A stretch of DNA of 64,000 nucleotides from contig JBCBZJ010000007.1 of NCBI GenBank assembly GCA_039815375.1, positions 52,233-116,232 of the forward strand. Reading direction: 5' to 3'. The notes beneath the pieces are model-generated. The model made no database searches and was not told the DNA's origin. It was given only the letters and a program-made list of their open reading frames with translations. Source of the DNA: Verrucomicrobiota bacterium (GTDB lineage: Bacteria; Verrucomicrobiota; Verrucomicrobiia; Opitutales; Coraliomargaritaceae). Numbering within the stretch: position 1 is the stretch's first letter; the number at the start of each line of letters is the position of its first letter. The position numbers and the translations under genes are program-made. This document shows, piece by piece, positions 28,204 through 38,985 of this stretch.

Positions 28204-28969
28204 GTGATTCATCCACCAGATTCATTCGCGCAGAAAGCCATTCACTCAAGTCATGCTGCAGCTGTGCCGTAAATACAACGGGCAGCTCGGGAAACTGAAA
28301 CTCATATCGGTAGCAGTGAAGGGCCTGGCGTTGAAGTGGTAACATCGCATCATGCCGCTCAGTCCAGCCTCGCTCGATGAAGTCGATGTAGAGCGTCTCG
28401 TCGGGACCGTAAATTTTATCACCAACAACCTTGTGGCAAATATGCTCCGCGTGAACACGGATTTGGTGCTTTCGCCCGGTTTCCGGTCGAACTTCACAAA
28501 AAGTAAATCCATTTGCCGAATTCAGGGGATAAAATTCGGTTACCGCTCTTTGCGCTGTTCTGTCGTCACTTACCTCTGACTTGACAATAACCGGCCCCCC
28601 GCGTCTCCGTGCAATCGACGCATCAATCCGAATCGGATCAGAAAATTCGCCCTCTAGAATCGCAAGATAGGTCTTCTTTACGATACGGTTCTGGATCGCC
28701 ATCTGGAATTTACGCGCCACGGCCCTTCGTTTGGCAAATACGATCAATCCGCTTGTTTCTCTATCCAGTCGAGCAACCAGATGAAGCCTCTCGGACCCAG
28801 TATATTCACGGACCACGCCTACCAGGCTCGACATCGGGCCGTTTTTTGATGGATGGCACACCAACCAGCCTGGTTTATTGATGATCAATAGATTTTCATC
28901 TTCGCTCACGATCCAGCTTGGAAACTCATCGGGATCAACAAGTGGCGCCTCTTCACCGAATGGATTCAT
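28184..28969 (-). CDS. RluA-family pseudouridine synthase
   Basis: INKPGWLVCHP, RLDRETSG, TGRKHQIRVH, GDKIYG, QALH. Confidence 0.93.
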   Translation of the reverse strand: MNPFGEEAPLVDPDEFPSWIVSEDENLLIINKPGWLVCHPSKNGPMSSLVGVVREYTGSERLHLVARLDRETSGLIVFAKRRAVARKFQMAIQNRIVKKTYLAILEGEFSDPIRIDASIARRRGGPVIVKSEVSDDRTAQRAVTEFYPLNSANGFTFCEVRPETGRKHQIRVHAEHICHKVVGDKIYGPDETLYIDFIERGWTERHDAMLPLQRQALHCYRYEFQFPELPVVFTAQLQHDLSEWLSARMNLVDESLTRLLP

Positions 28970-29808
28970 TTCGCTGAACTATGCTGCTCCAATCGCAATT
29001 TGCGCAAAATGTAACCGCCTATTCGCGTCACCAACACTCGTGGCGTCCTCGATCCGAAAAATGCGATACAAGTGTTCTTCCATCCAGTCACGACGAGAGA
29101 CTTTCCTTTTTCTATGCCTTTGAGCGCAAGTTCTGCGACTTCGTCAGACGTCATATCGAGCGATTGATTCATGCTCTTTGCCTGCATAGGTGGAATCTCA
29201 AAACCAGCTCGCTTGAAGAAGTTTGAACGAGTTGGGCCGGGGCAGACAGCCATTGCGCGAACCTTTGTCTCGCGGAGATCCTCGTTCAGAGCCAGTGACC
29301 AGTTCAGGACAAAAGCTTTGCTAGCTCCATAGGTCGCCAGAAAAGGGGTCGGTTGAAACCCTGCTGTAGAGGCTATATTCATCACCACCCCGCCCCGCTT
29401 CTCCAGCTGAGGCATCAACCGTCCTGTCAAATCAACGATTGCTCGAATGTTTAAGTCTATCATCTCCAATTGCTTATCTATATCCAGCTGATGGACTTTT
29501 CCATAGTCACCAAATCCACTGTTGTTGACTAGGAGCAATTCGCCCTCAGGCGCAGTATCAATGATTGAGACTAACTGTCCCGTAACCTGATCGACGGCAT
29601 CCTTATCAGTCAAGTCAGTGGACAAATGCACCCCATTATCACCTAAAAAAATTTCCGGTTTAGACCGAGAAATGTTGCACATCCTCACATTCGTAGATAA
29701 TCTTAAAATTGCTTTGATAATTGAGCAGCCAATTCCTGATGAACCGCCAGTCACGATGACTATGGAAAAGCGGTTTAATGTTTCTAAAAGTGGAACCGGG
29801 GTTGGCAT
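28966..29808 (-). CDS. Short-chain dehydrogenase/reductase
   Basis: TGGSSGIG, NNSG, YGASK; likely start MPTPVP at 29808. Confidence 0.92.
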   Translation of the reverse strand: MPTPVPLLETLNRFSIVIVTGGSSGIGCSIIKAILRLSTNVRMCNISRSKPEIFLGDNGVHLSTDLTDKDAVDQVTGQLVSIIDTAPEGELLLVNNSGFGDYGKVHQLDIDKQLEMIDLNIRAIVDLTGRLMPQLEKRGGVVMNIASTAGFQPTPFLATYGASKAFVLNWSLALNEDLRETKVRAMAVCPGPTRSNFFKRAGFEIPPMQAKSMNQSLDMTSDEVAELALKGIEKGKSLVVTGWKNTCIAFFGSRTPRVLVTRIGGYILRKLRLEQHSSAK

Positions 29809-29885
29809 TTTTTGTATATCGATATGCAAAGCAGCGGGTTCAGTCGATCCTGTTAATACAAACCTATAAAAGAAGGTAAACATAT

Positions 29886-30251
29886 ATGAAGCAACATGAC
29901 GTCATCATCTCCGGTCTGAATATGGATCTGACCGAGGCGATTAAAAACATGGTTCACGGCAAGGTTGAGAAGCTCTTTGAGCACGATGATAAGATCATCC
30001 GAATGCGCGTTGAACTGGAATATGATAGTCACAATGCCTCTCACCACGGCGAGTTCATCGCCAAGGGGCAACTTGAAGTCCGCGGCAACGACCACTTTGC
30101 CAAGGCGGCCACTGACGACCTGTATAAATCGATTGATGACCTAGTGCATAAACTCGATCGAATGCTTCGGCGGCGCTCACGTATGAAAAAGGTAAAACGC
30201 AAGGATACACATCACGTCGACATCCCTGCAGAAATCCCTAAGGCAGTTTAG
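29886..30251 (+). CDS. hpf: Ribosome hibernation factor HPF/RaiA
   Basis: ISGLNMDLTEAIK...KVEKL...DLYKSIDDLVHKLDRMLRR pattern. Confidence 0.9.
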   Translation: MKQHDVIISGLNMDLTEAIKNMVHGKVEKLFEHDDKIIRMRVELEYDSHNASHHGEFIAKGQLEVRGNDHFAKAATDDLYKSIDDLVHKLDRMLRRRSRMKKVKRKDTHHVDIPAEIPKAV

Positions 30252-30274
30252 GACTGTCGCATATTAAATTCTGG

Positions 30275-30304
30275 AGCCCGGCAAATCGCCGGGCTTTTTT
30301 CTTT
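30275..30304 (+). terminator. Intrinsic terminator after hpf
   Basis: agcccggc-aaatc-gccgggct hairpin followed by a T run. Confidence 0.85.
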
Positions 30305-30342
30305 GAAAGAATGATGAGAACTGACGTAACAAACTCAAAAGC

Positions 30343-33300
30343 TTGAAACACATTCCACAGCCGACCTATTCCGGAGAACTCCCGATACATCAACGTCGTG
30401 AAGAGATTATACGCACCCTTATGGAAAATCAGGTGGTGGTCATTGCGGGTGAAACCGGATCCGGTAAGACGACTCAGATTCCCAAATTTTTACTTGAATG
30501 CGGGCTGGGCCAAAGAGGCTGGATCGGTTGCACACAACCACGCCGGGTCGCTGCCTTATCGGTTGCCCAACGTATCGCCGAAGAATTGAAAGTGAAGTAT
30601 GGTGCGGAGGTGGGTGCCAAAATACGATTCACCGATGAAACCCAGAAGAACACTGTTCTCAAAGTAATGACCGATGGCATCCTGCTGAACGAGCTGCAGG
30701 ACGATCCAGAGCTCCGCGGTTACGAAGCCATCCTGATCGATGAAGCTCACGAGCGCAGCCTCAACATTGATTTCATTCTCGGCTGTCTGCGAAATCTGGC
30801 AAAAAGGCGTAAAGACCTGAAAATTGTCATCACCTCCGCGACGATCGACACGGAGAGCTTTTCAAAGGCCTTTGATGGTGCACCGATCATTGAAGTGTCC
30901 GGCCGAATGTATCCTGTCGATACGATCTATCGCCCTATCGAAGAAGTTGCGCAAGGTCAGAAGGATTTCGATTATATCGATGCGGCTTCTGATGTCATTA
31001 ATGATATTTTATCAGGAAACCGGGAAGGCGATATTCTAGCCTTCATGCCTGGAGAACGTGATATCCACGAGCTGCGTAGACTCCTCGAGGAAAGTCCCGC
31101 CCGTCAGTGTGATTTACTCCCACTTTACGGCCGGCTTGCCAATGCGGATCAGCAACGAATCTTTCACCAAGGCAGTAAAAGACGCATTATTCTGTCGACC
31201 AATATTGCCGAAACTTCTCTGACGGTCCCTGGTATCCGCTACGTCGTAGACACGGGACTCGCACGAATAAGCCGGTATAGCCCACACTCCAGAACGCTGC
31301 GCCTGCCGATCGAACCAATCGCACAATCCAGCGCTGACCAACGTAAAGGACGTTGTGGACGAGTGAGTAACGGTATATGCTATCGCTTGTATTCTGAACA
31401 GGACTACAATACTCGCCCACGATTCAATACGCCGGAGATTCATCGCTCCAATCTGGCATCGGTCATCCTCCGTATGATGGCTTTCAAGCTAGGAGAGATT
31501 CGCAGCTTTCCCTTTATCGATCCACCGGCAGAAAATTCGATTGTAGGCGGCTATCGCCTGCTTGCAGAACTCGGCGCAGTCACTCAGGACGAGGAAATTT
31601 CGGACTGCGACGCCTATCGGCTTACCAGGCTCGGTCGACGCCTTTCACATTTGCCGGTAGACCCGACAGTTGCCCGTATACTGCTTGAAGCAAAGCAACA
31701 AGGCTGCCTGGACGAAGTCCTTGTTGTCGCGTCAGGACTCTCGATTCAGGACCCTCGAGAACGGCCTACAGATTTTGCCAAAGAAGCAGATGAAATGCAC
31801 AAGCGTTTTGTTCATCCCGAGTCGGACTTTCTCACTCTATTGAACATTTGGGACGAGTTTCACGATAAGTTGGATGAGCTCAGCCAGAGCAAACTGCGGA
31901 AGTTCTGCAAGGCACACTACCTCTCCTACCAGCGAATGCGTGAATGGAGAGATATTCATCACCAGATCGAACGTATTTTACGTGAGCGGGAGAAGCACCA
32001 GAACAAACTTAAACCGTTTAATGCAAGAACTGATGTCGGATACGCAGCCATCCATAAATCAATTTTATCAGGTCTGCTAAGTAACATCGCCTTTAAGGAG
32101 GAGGAACACAACTACCGAGGCCCACGGAACCGCAAGGCAATGCTGTTTCCCGGTTCCAGCCTCTTCGATCATGAGGCAGCCAAGAAACAACGGAAGGCCA
32201 GCTACGCCAGCAAAACCAAACTAAAACCAGCAAAGACCAGTGCACCTGACTGGATCGTTTGCGGCGAGTGGATGGAAACTACGCGGCTCTATGCCCGAAA
32301 CGCAGCAAGGATTGAAGCCAAGTGGATCGAAGAAGTTGCAGGCGAGCTGTTGAGCATCCGACACAGTGAACCCTTTTGGAGCACAAAGTCTGCAGCCGCT
32401 TTATGCAAAGAACGTAAGCTGCTCTTCGGTCTGGAGATTGCTCGCGCCAATGTCAGCTATAGCAATGTCGACCCCGACGAAGCGACTGATCTTTTCGTGC
32501 GTCATGGTTTGGTTGAGGGCGGCATCAAGGAGCGTCCAAAGTTTTTCACACATAACGAAGCACTCTGCAAAGAGGCAGAGTCGGAAATGGCACGTCGCCA
32601 GCTTGGATCGGCACAGCTCGTTGAAGACACACTTTTCACATTCTACCGAAGGCAGGTCTCGGCTGTTGGCTCCTATGCAGAACTACGCCGATTCGCCAAA
32701 GCAGAACATGGCGGTTCGTTGGATTTTCTCGAAGCTCAAATTCAGGATCTACTTCCTTCGAATCGCGAAATCAGCGAAGAAGCTTTCCCGAAGAGCATTG
32801 AGCTCGGCGGTAATCAAATTCCTTTGAACTATCGTAACGAGCCCGGAAACGAAGCTGATGGTGTGACTTTGCGAGTTCCGCTCTCGCAGTTTGGAGCAAT
32901 CCAGCAGGGTGTTCTGGATTGGGCGATCCCCGGCCATCTCGAAGCGAAAATTGAAAGCCATCTTCGCGGGCTCCCGAAGGAGCTCCGGGTCAAACTACAT
33001 CCGTTAAAAGAACGTGCAGCTGAATTGAGAAAGATAGTTCAGCCCTCAGAACGCCCACTCAGTGAGCAACTCACAGATCTTCTTAAGAGAGAATATAATG
33101 TTCAAACCTATCGTGATCAGTGGAATGCGGATCTGCCGAAAAACCTGAAACCGCGTATCCAAATTGAGAATACGAAAGGTGAAGCTCTTGCTGAAGGGCG
33201 CGATCTTGAGAGCCTGAAAAAGCGACTCGACGCCAAAGGTAAATCTGCAAGCGCTGGTGAAGGACTTGACAGTATACCTGGCTGGCAGCGAGCAGCAGCA

Positions 33301-34179
33301 AAGTATGAACGGGAAAATCTCACAGAATGGAATTTCGGCGACCTCCCTGTGAGTATTGATCTATCCGGAGAATCCGGTCTTCCATTGACTGCTTATCCCG
33401 CACTTGTTGCGGAGAAGGATTGTATTCATCTCAAGTTGATGGTGACTCGAGAAAAAGCTTTAGAAGCTACAAAAATAGCATGGCCCCGATTCGGCGAAAT
33501 CACGATGGGGCGGGATCTTGCCTGGTTGCAACGCGACATTAAAGAGCTCAAGGCTTTGGGCACGGCATTGCTGCCTCTTGGCGGCTACGAATCGATTAAA
33601 AGCAGCGCTTGGAACAATGTTCGCCGTCATCTTTTCGCCTGTGAGAATCAATTGCCGCTCTCTGAGTCAATATTTCGAAAGACCCTTGCCCGGGCAGAGA
33701 AGGAACGACGTGGTATCATAGGTCGCCTTTACGAGAGACTGGAGCTGGTTCTCGCCTCCCGTGAGGCGGTAGCCTTACTTTTAGAGCAAAAGAAAACCAG
33801 TCAAGCCGTCAGCTATCCCGGGATGCGTGCCCAAATGGAAACCATCGCCCCATCAAACATGCTCGATAAGTTTGATTACCATGAGCTGCCCCACCTTGCT
33901 CGATTCCTTAAAGGGATGATGATACGCGCCAAACGTGCCAGAGAGAGCATTCAGCGTGACATCGAAAAATCGAAACGTGTGGCATCCTACGAAGGGAAAC
34001 TGAAGGAGCTGGAAGAACGAAGCAAAAAGCATAGGCAAGTTCAGGCGACGAAACCTTATCTGCTACTTTTGGAAGAATTTAAGATCTCCGTTTTCGCGCA
34101 AGAGCTCGGCACGGCTCAAAAAGTCTCGGAAAAGCGGCTGGATGAATTGGCCGCAAAAATTGAGCGTTCCATACGTTAA
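30343..34179 (+). CDS. hrpA: ATP-dependent RNA helicase HrpA
   Basis: [46 protein letters not shown]-terminal [15 protein letters not shown]. Confidence 0.96.
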   Translation: MKHIPQPTYSGELPIHQRREEIIRTLMENQVVVIAGETGSGKTTQIPKFLLECGLGQRGWIGCTQPRRVAALSVAQRIAEELKVKYGAEVGAKIRFTDETQKNTVLKVMTDGILLNELQDDPELRGYEAILIDEAHERSLNIDFILGCLRNLAKRRKDLKIVITSATIDTESFSKAFDGAPIIEVSGRMYPVDTIYRPIEEVAQGQKDFDYIDAASDVINDILSGNREGDILAFMPGERDIHELRRLLEESPARQCDLLPLYGRLANADQQRIFHQGSKRRIILSTNIAETSLTVPGIRYVVDTGLARISRYSPHSRTLRLPIEPIAQSSADQRKGRCGRVSNGICYRLYSEQDYNTRPRFNTPEIHRSNLASVILRMMAFKLGEIRSFPFIDPPAENSIVGGYRLLAELGAVTQDEEISDCDAYRLTRLGRRLSHLPVDPTVARILLEAKQQGCLDEVLVVASGLSIQDPRERPTDFAKEADEMHKRFVHPESDFLTLLNIWDEFHDKLDELSQSKLRKFCKAHYLSYQRMREWRDIHHQIERILREREKHQNKLKPFNARTDVGYAAIHKSILSGLLSNIAFKEEEHNYRGPRNRKAMLFPGSSLFDHEAAKKQRKASYASKTKLKPAKTSAPDWIVCGEWMETTRLYARNAARIEAKWIEEVAGELLSIRHSEPFWSTKSAAALCKERKLLFGLEIARANVSYSNVDPDEATDLFVRHGLVEGGIKERPKFFTHNEALCKEAESEMARRQLGSAQLVEDTLFTFYRRQVSAVGSYAELRRFAKAEHGGSLDFLEAQIQDLLPSNREISEEAFPKSIELGGNQIPLNYRNEPGNEADGVTLRVPLSQFGAIQQGVLDWAIPGHLEAKIESHLRGLPKELRVKLHPLKERAAELRKIVQPSERPLSEQLTDLLKREYNVQTYRDQWNADLPKNLKPRIQIENTKGEALAEGRDLESLKKRLDAKGKSASAGEGLDSIPGWQRAAAKYERENLTEWNFGDLPVSIDLSGESGLPLTAYPALVAEKDCIHLKLMVTREKALEATKIAWPRFGEITMGRDLAWLQRDIKELKALGTALLPLGGYESIKSSAWNNVRRHLFACENQLPLSESIFRKTLARAEKERRGIIGRLYERLELVLASREAVALLLEQKKTSQAVSYPGMRAQMETIAPSNMLDKFDYHELPHLARFLKGMMIRAKRARESIQRDIEKSKRVASYEGKLKELEERSKKHRQVQATKPYLLLLEEFKISVFAQELGTAQKVSEKRLDELAAKIERSIR

Positions 34180-34235
34180 GCATCTATCGCATGGAAAAAA
34201 CCGTGAGCTTCATGGCTGCAGTATCCGGAGTATTG

Positions 34236-34260
34236 CTTGGGCGAGTGCCCAAGGTTTTTT
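34236..34260 (+). terminator. Possible intrinsic terminator after hrpA (part of a larger structured spacer)
   Basis: cttgggc-gagt-gcccaag then gtttttt. Confidence 0.55.
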
Positions 34261-34405
34261 GCGGAGGCTGGTGAAATTTTCGCATTGTGTTGATCGGGAA
34301 GAGATTTCCCACCTGCAAGTGAGCAGCACGCTTTTATCGTTCATCCGATAAGATCAATCCAACAGGCGCTTGCCAGTTGGAGGCAAGCGGTCTTTGTTTT
34401 TTTAA

Positions 34406-35068
34406 ATGTCGAGCCCTCACACGTCACTACTTGCTCCATCCATTCTGGCCGGAGACCATGCTAACCTTCGTTCCAGCCTTAAGGAAATTGAGAATGCAGC
34501 TCTCAAATGGGTGCATCTAGATATCATGGATGGCCATTTCGTGCCGAATTTGAGTTTTGGCCCACAGACGATCAAAGCAATGCGCTCCGATTCGGATCTC
34601 TTTTTTGATGTGCATCTGATGCTTGATAATCCGGACAAATACATTGATGCCTTCCTCGATGCGGGTGCAGACCAAATCACGATCCATGTTGAACCAAACT
34701 ATCCTGTTTCTGAAACCCTGGACTATATCAAATCCAAGGGCTGTAAGTGTGGCGTTGTTTTAAATCCCGGCACTGAGGCGGAAGCGGCCAAAATCTACCT
34801 GGAACGATGCGATATTGTGCTTTTAATGACAGTTCAGCCTGGTTTCGGCGGCCAGAGTTTTCGTGAAGATGTCTTGCCGAAGATGAAGCAGCTTTCCGAC
34901 TGGCGAGCAGAACTTGGCTTAAACTATCGTTTACAAGTCGATGGTGGTGTCGACAGGACAACAGCCCCACTCTGCACCGCCCAAGGTGTTGATACGCTTG
35001 TAGCCGGAACTGCGTTCTTTAAAGCCGAAGATAAAGCCGAGTTCATCAAGACAGTAACTGGCGGCTAA
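34406..35068 (+). CDS. rpe: Ribulose-phosphate 3-epimerase
   Basis: APSIL, HLDIMDGHFVPN, DVHLM, MTVQPGFGGQ, VDGG. Confidence 0.97.
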   Translation: MSSPHTSLLAPSILAGDHANLRSSLKEIENAALKWVHLDIMDGHFVPNLSFGPQTIKAMRSDSDLFFDVHLMLDNPDKYIDAFLDAGADQITIHVEPNYPVSETLDYIKSKGCKCGVVLNPGTEAEAAKIYLERCDIVLLMTVQPGFGGQSFREDVLPKMKQLSDWRAELGLNYRLQVDGGVDRTTAPLCTAQGVDTLVAGTAFFKAEDKAEFIKTVTGG

Positions 35069-35856
35069 AGGAAATCGGGCATCCGGTCCTTCAAAGCAGG
35101 CAACTTTCCTCTCGTTTCTTCGACGAGGTTCAGATCAATCTCCGCACTGAGAAGGCACTCTTCCTCATCTGCCTCGGCAACAATTCTACCCCAGGGATCA
35201 ACGATCATGGAATGACCGAAATACTGCGTAGTGCCAATTTCATGTCCATGTATCTCGAATCCACATTGATTGATCGCCAAGAAGAAGCATTGGTTCTCAA
35301 TAGCCCGTGCTTGAACCAAAGTTCGCCAGTGATGCAACCTTGGCCGAGGAAATGCGGCTGGGAGAATTTGCACCCTAGCACCCAGCTCTGCGCACTTTCT
35401 GAAGAGCTCCGGAAAGCGTAGGTCGTAACAAATGCCGAAGCCGGTTTTCCCAAGATTCGTTTCGGCAACTACGATTTGACTTCCAGACTCCATATGCTGG
35501 TCCTCCTGAAAAAGAGAAAATAAATGCAGTTTCCTGTATTGAGCTAAGAGAACTCCATCAGAATCAATGAAATGGAGGGTATTCGCAGGCTCACCCGCTT
35601 CAGTTTTCTCAAGAAACGAACCACATATCGCCAACTTATTCACCTTTGCCATCTCTGCGATTGCCTCGAGATGCTCGTTCGAACTTTCGAGCAGATTGCG
35701 ATTGGCTTTCCAGTCAAAACCAGTTGTCGCCATCTCCGGCAGGCAAACCAGCATCGACCCGGCATCCGCAGCTCGAGAAACGAATTGCTCAATCCTTTTT
35801 AGATTCGTGGCCGGATCCCCTCGCTTCACCTCATACTGCGCCAGTGATATTTTCAT
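35065..35856 (-). CDS. Carbon-nitrogen hydrolase (Nit/omega-amidase-like)
   Basis: E-K-C triad in LPEM, YRKLHLF, ICYDLRFPE; ARAIENQ, GHSMIVDPWG. Confidence 0.92.
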   Translation of the reverse strand: MKISLAQYEVKRGDPATNLKRIEQFVSRAADAGSMLVCLPEMATTGFDWKANRNLLESSNEHLEAIAEMAKVNKLAICGSFLEKTEAGEPANTLHFIDSDGVLLAQYRKLHLFSLFQEDQHMESGSQIVVAETNLGKTGFGICYDLRFPELFRKCAELGARVQILPAAFPRPRLHHWRTLVQARAIENQCFFLAINQCGFEIHGHEIGTTQYFGHSMIVDPWGRIVAEADEEECLLSAEIDLNLVEETRGKLPALKDRMPDFL

Positions 35857-35875
35857 TTTAAAGAAGATGCTGTTT

Positions 35876-36244
35876 TCAGGCTCTTGCGTTCAGATGTGCA
35901 CGTTTCAACGCATTCTTTGAATGCAGATACCTTATGGGCTTTCGGATACAATCGTTTATCGCGAACGCAGTAACGGCGACCATAACTGTGCCAACGGCAG
36001 CGGAGCGCCAGTTAATCATAAGCAAAACATTAAACTCCTCCCATGGAATCGAGGTCCGACCACCGCAGATGAGTATTGATTGGATCAGCGCACCCAAAAA
36101 AGGAGCTGCGTGGCTGACACGCTCGTCAAACCTGACGTCCACCAAAGCCAAGGCAATCTGTGATGCCAAGGCCGCAGCAAATATGAAGCTGACTCCAGGT
36201 CGGAGAATTTCCCTATTCATAGTCGAATGATCGTAATACGACAC
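35876..36244 (-). CDS. Possible small membrane protein
   Basis: Fills an otherwise empty gap upstream of the hydrolase on the same strand; 2-3 hydrophobic stretches; no family recognised. Confidence 0.35.
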   Translation of the reverse strand: MSYYDHSTMNREILRPGVSFIFAAALASQIALALVDVRFDERVSHAAPFLGALIQSILICGGRTSIPWEEFNVLLMINWRSAAVGTVMVAVTAFAINDCIRKPIRYLHSKNALKRAHLNARA

Positions 36245-36274
36245 GACTAACCTATAAAATCAATGGTTAGTCGT
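36243..36274. promoter_or_regulatory. Perfect 10-bp inverted repeat with AT-rich 12-nt spacer
   Basis: acgactaacc-tataaaatcaat-ggttagtcgt in the divergent region before tRNA-Val. Confidence 0.45.
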
Positions 36275-36380
36275 CCCTAGGACATATCCAATTTCACGAC
36301 CAAAAACTTCGGATTGGTTCAAAATTAAGACTTGATTCACTTTCCAGCCAGAACATCTTCTCCGTTTTCCCTGAATTTGA

Positions 36381-36461
<81 letters not shown>

Positions 36462-36515
36462 CAGGCTTCCGGTCGCCCGGAGACGAGCGGTGCGGAAACA
36501 CTTTACCCATCTCTC

Positions 36516-36989
36516 ATGCGTCACATCATTTCAATCCTCGTCGAAAACAAATTCGGAGTCCTTGCCCGTATTGCTGGTCTGTTCAGCGGTCGCGGCTTTA
36601 ATATTGAGACGCTGAATGTGGGTCCGATGCTTGATGACAAGTTTTCACGGATTACAGCCACGATTATTGGTGATGATGATGCACTCGATCAGGCGATCAA
36701 ACAGGTTTACAAGCTCGTCAACGTGCTTGAGGTAACTGAATTTTCCAGCGGCCAAGCCACAGAGCGCGAACTTGTCATGGTTAAAGTCAAGGCCTCCGCG
36801 GGTCAGCGCTCCGAAGTCATGCAAGTCTGCGATATTTTCCGAGCCAAGATCATCGATGTTGCTCCTGAAACTGTTAACATTGAAATGACTGGTAATGCCA
36901 ACAAGGTCAGAGCCTTTCTAAATCTTGTTGAGCCATACGGAATCGTTGAAATGGCCCGCACCGGCAATGTCGCGCTGAAACGCGGATAA
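36516..36989 (+). CDS. ilvN: Acetolactate synthase small regulatory subunit
   Basis: MRHIISILVENKFGVLARIAGLFSGRGFNIETL...ERELVMVKV...EMARTG; true start at 36516. Confidence 0.96.
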   Translation: MRHIISILVENKFGVLARIAGLFSGRGFNIETLNVGPMLDDKFSRITATIIGDDDALDQAIKQVYKLVNVLEVTEFSSGQATERELVMVKVKASAGQRSEVMQVCDIFRAKIIDVAPETVNIEMTGNANKVRAFLNLVEPYGIVEMARTGNVALKRG

Positions 36990-37036
36990 CGATCAAATTT
37001 TAACACTGGAAGTGATTTCCACAAACCAACAGAAAT

Positions 37037-38065
37037 ATGCCTGCTAAAGTCTATACAAACAAAGACGCCGATCTGAAAGTTCTCAAAAAGAAGACCCTTG
37101 CCATTATTGGATACGGTTCCCAGGGCCACGCTCATGCCCAGAATCTCAAGGACAGTGGCCTCAATGTGATCATCGGCCTCTATGCCAAGAGCAAATCCGT
37201 AAAGGTTGCCAAGAAACAGGGTTTCGAAGTCTATGAAACAGCAGAAGCTGTGAAGAAGGCCGACGTCATCATGCTTGCAGTGCCGGACATGAAGCAGCCT
37301 GAGGTTTACGAGAATGACATTCTTCCTAACCTCGAAAAAGGCAAAACTCTTGCTTTCACTCATGGTCTTGCAATCCACTTCGGCCTTATTGAAGCCCCCA
37401 AGGGTGTGGATGTCATCATGATCGCACCTAAGGGCCCCGGCCATGTTGTCCGCAGCCAGTTCCTCGAAGGCAAAGGCGTTCCTGCACTTATCGCGGTGAA
37501 CAAAGGTTCGTCCCGCAACGCAAAATCCGTCGCACTCGCCTGGGCGAAGGGTGTTGGCGGCACACGTGCCGGTGTCATCCAAACTACTTTCAAGGAAGAA
37601 TGCGAAACTGACCTTTTCGGTGAACAGGCTGTTCTCTGCGGTGGTGCTTCTGCACTTGTTATGGCTGGTTTCGAGACTCTTGTTGAAGCTGGTTACCAGC
37701 CTGAGATGGCATACTTCGAGTGCTTGCATGAACTCAAGCTTATCGTTGACCTAATGGTTGAATCCGGTGTTTCCGGCATGCGTTTTTCCATCTCTGAAAC
37801 TGCCGAATGGGGTGATTACATTTCCGGACCACGCGTCATTAACGCTTCGTCAAAGAGAGCTATGAAAGCCATCCTCAAGGACATCCAATCCGGCAAGTTC
37901 ACCAAGAACTGGGTCAAGGAATACAAGGAAGGGCTTCCAAACTACAAGCAGTTCATCGAAGACGGCCAAAACCACCAGATCGAAAAGACCGGCGAGCGTC
38001 TGCGTTCGCTTATGCCTTGGGTCAAGAAGCGTAATATCAAGGGCGCACAGGCTGCTTACAACTAG
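37037..38065 (+). CDS. ilvC: Ketol-acid reductoisomerase
   Basis: [50 protein letters not shown]. Confidence 0.98.
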   Translation: MPAKVYTNKDADLKVLKKKTLAIIGYGSQGHAHAQNLKDSGLNVIIGLYAKSKSVKVAKKQGFEVYETAEAVKKADVIMLAVPDMKQPEVYENDILPNLEKGKTLAFTHGLAIHFGLIEAPKGVDVIMIAPKGPGHVVRSQFLEGKGVPALIAVNKGSSRNAKSVALAWAKGVGGTRAGVIQTTFKEECETDLFGEQAVLCGGASALVMAGFETLVEAGYQPEMAYFECLHELKLIVDLMVESGVSGMRFSISETAEWGDYISGPRVINASSKRAMKAILKDIQSGKFTKNWVKEYKEGLPNYKQFIEDGQNHQIEKTGERLRSLMPWVKKRNIKGAQAAYN

Positions 38066-38087
38066 GCCATTTCAACTTTGAAAATTC

Positions 38088-38126
38088 AAGCGGTCGTCGG
38101 TTTTCTACCACGACCGCTTTTCTTTT
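38088..38126 (+). terminator. Intrinsic terminator after ilvC
   Basis: aagcggtcgt...acgaccgctt hairpin followed by ttctttt. Confidence 0.75.
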
Positions 38127-38130
38127 ATAA

Positions 38131-38985
38131 ATGTCAAAACCGATCCAAGTCGCCACAAGAAACAGTCCGCTTGCGCTCAAGCAAACGGAAATGGTCCTCA
38201 TGTGGCTCGCCGAGAAACTTCCGGATGAAGCGTTTATCCCGTTAGAGCTCAGCACGAAGGTCGATGAGCGCCTGACCTGGTCACTCGAGAAGCGTGGCGG
38301 TATCGGCCTCTTTACCAAAGAGCTGGAGGAAGCCCTACTCGACCACAGAGCAAATCTTGCAGTTCATAGCGCAAAAGATCTTCCCACAACCTTTCACCAT
38401 AATCTGCATATTGCAGGCTATCTACCCAGAGCAAAAGCGAACGATGTGCTCGTGCAGCGAACGGGTGGCAAGGACCTCTCGACGATCGCATCAAGCAGCC
38501 CGCGTCGGCGTGCACAGCTTGGAGAACTTCACCCCGATGCTCAATGGACCACGATTCGTGGAAATGTTGGCACGCGCTTGCGCAAAATAGCTGAAGGTCA
38601 GGCCGATGCGTCGATACTGGCCGCTGCCGGGCTCGAAAGGCTCAACATCGCTGAACACGAAGGCCTTGAATTCATCGAACTACCGATCGACAAGTGTGTG
38701 CCCGCACCCGGCCAGGCTGCTATTGCGATTCAATGCGGTGAGGCTGACCTCGAGACATACCAGGATCTATTCTGTGAGAAGACGAAGCTCGCTGTTACAT
38801 GCGAACGGGAATTTCTTCATCGTTTAGGAGGTGGTTGCCAGACACCGGTTGGTGCGCATTTTGATGGTAAAGTCTTTTATATCTACCATCCCGAGATCGG
38901 CTTCACAACCTACGAATTTGAGCTGAATGATATCTTGGATATCGACTCTATTCTACAGGCGATCTTACACGACCTAGAACTCTAA
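38131..38985 (+). CDS. hemC: Hydroxymethylbilane synthase
   Basis: ATRNSPLALKQ, GLFTKELE, AVHSAKDLP, SSPRRRAQ, RGNVGTRL, PAPGQAA, GGCQTP. Confidence 0.95.
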   Translation: MSKPIQVATRNSPLALKQTEMVLMWLAEKLPDEAFIPLELSTKVDERLTWSLEKRGGIGLFTKELEEALLDHRANLAVHSAKDLPTTFHHNLHIAGYLPRAKANDVLVQRTGGKDLSTIASSSPRRRAQLGELHPDAQWTTIRGNVGTRLRKIAEGQADASILAAAGLERLNIAEHEGLEFIELPIDKCVPAPGQAAIAIQCGEADLETYQDLFCEKTKLAVTCEREFLHRLGGGCQTPVGAHFDGKVFYIYHPEIGFTTYEFELNDILDIDSILQAILHDLEL

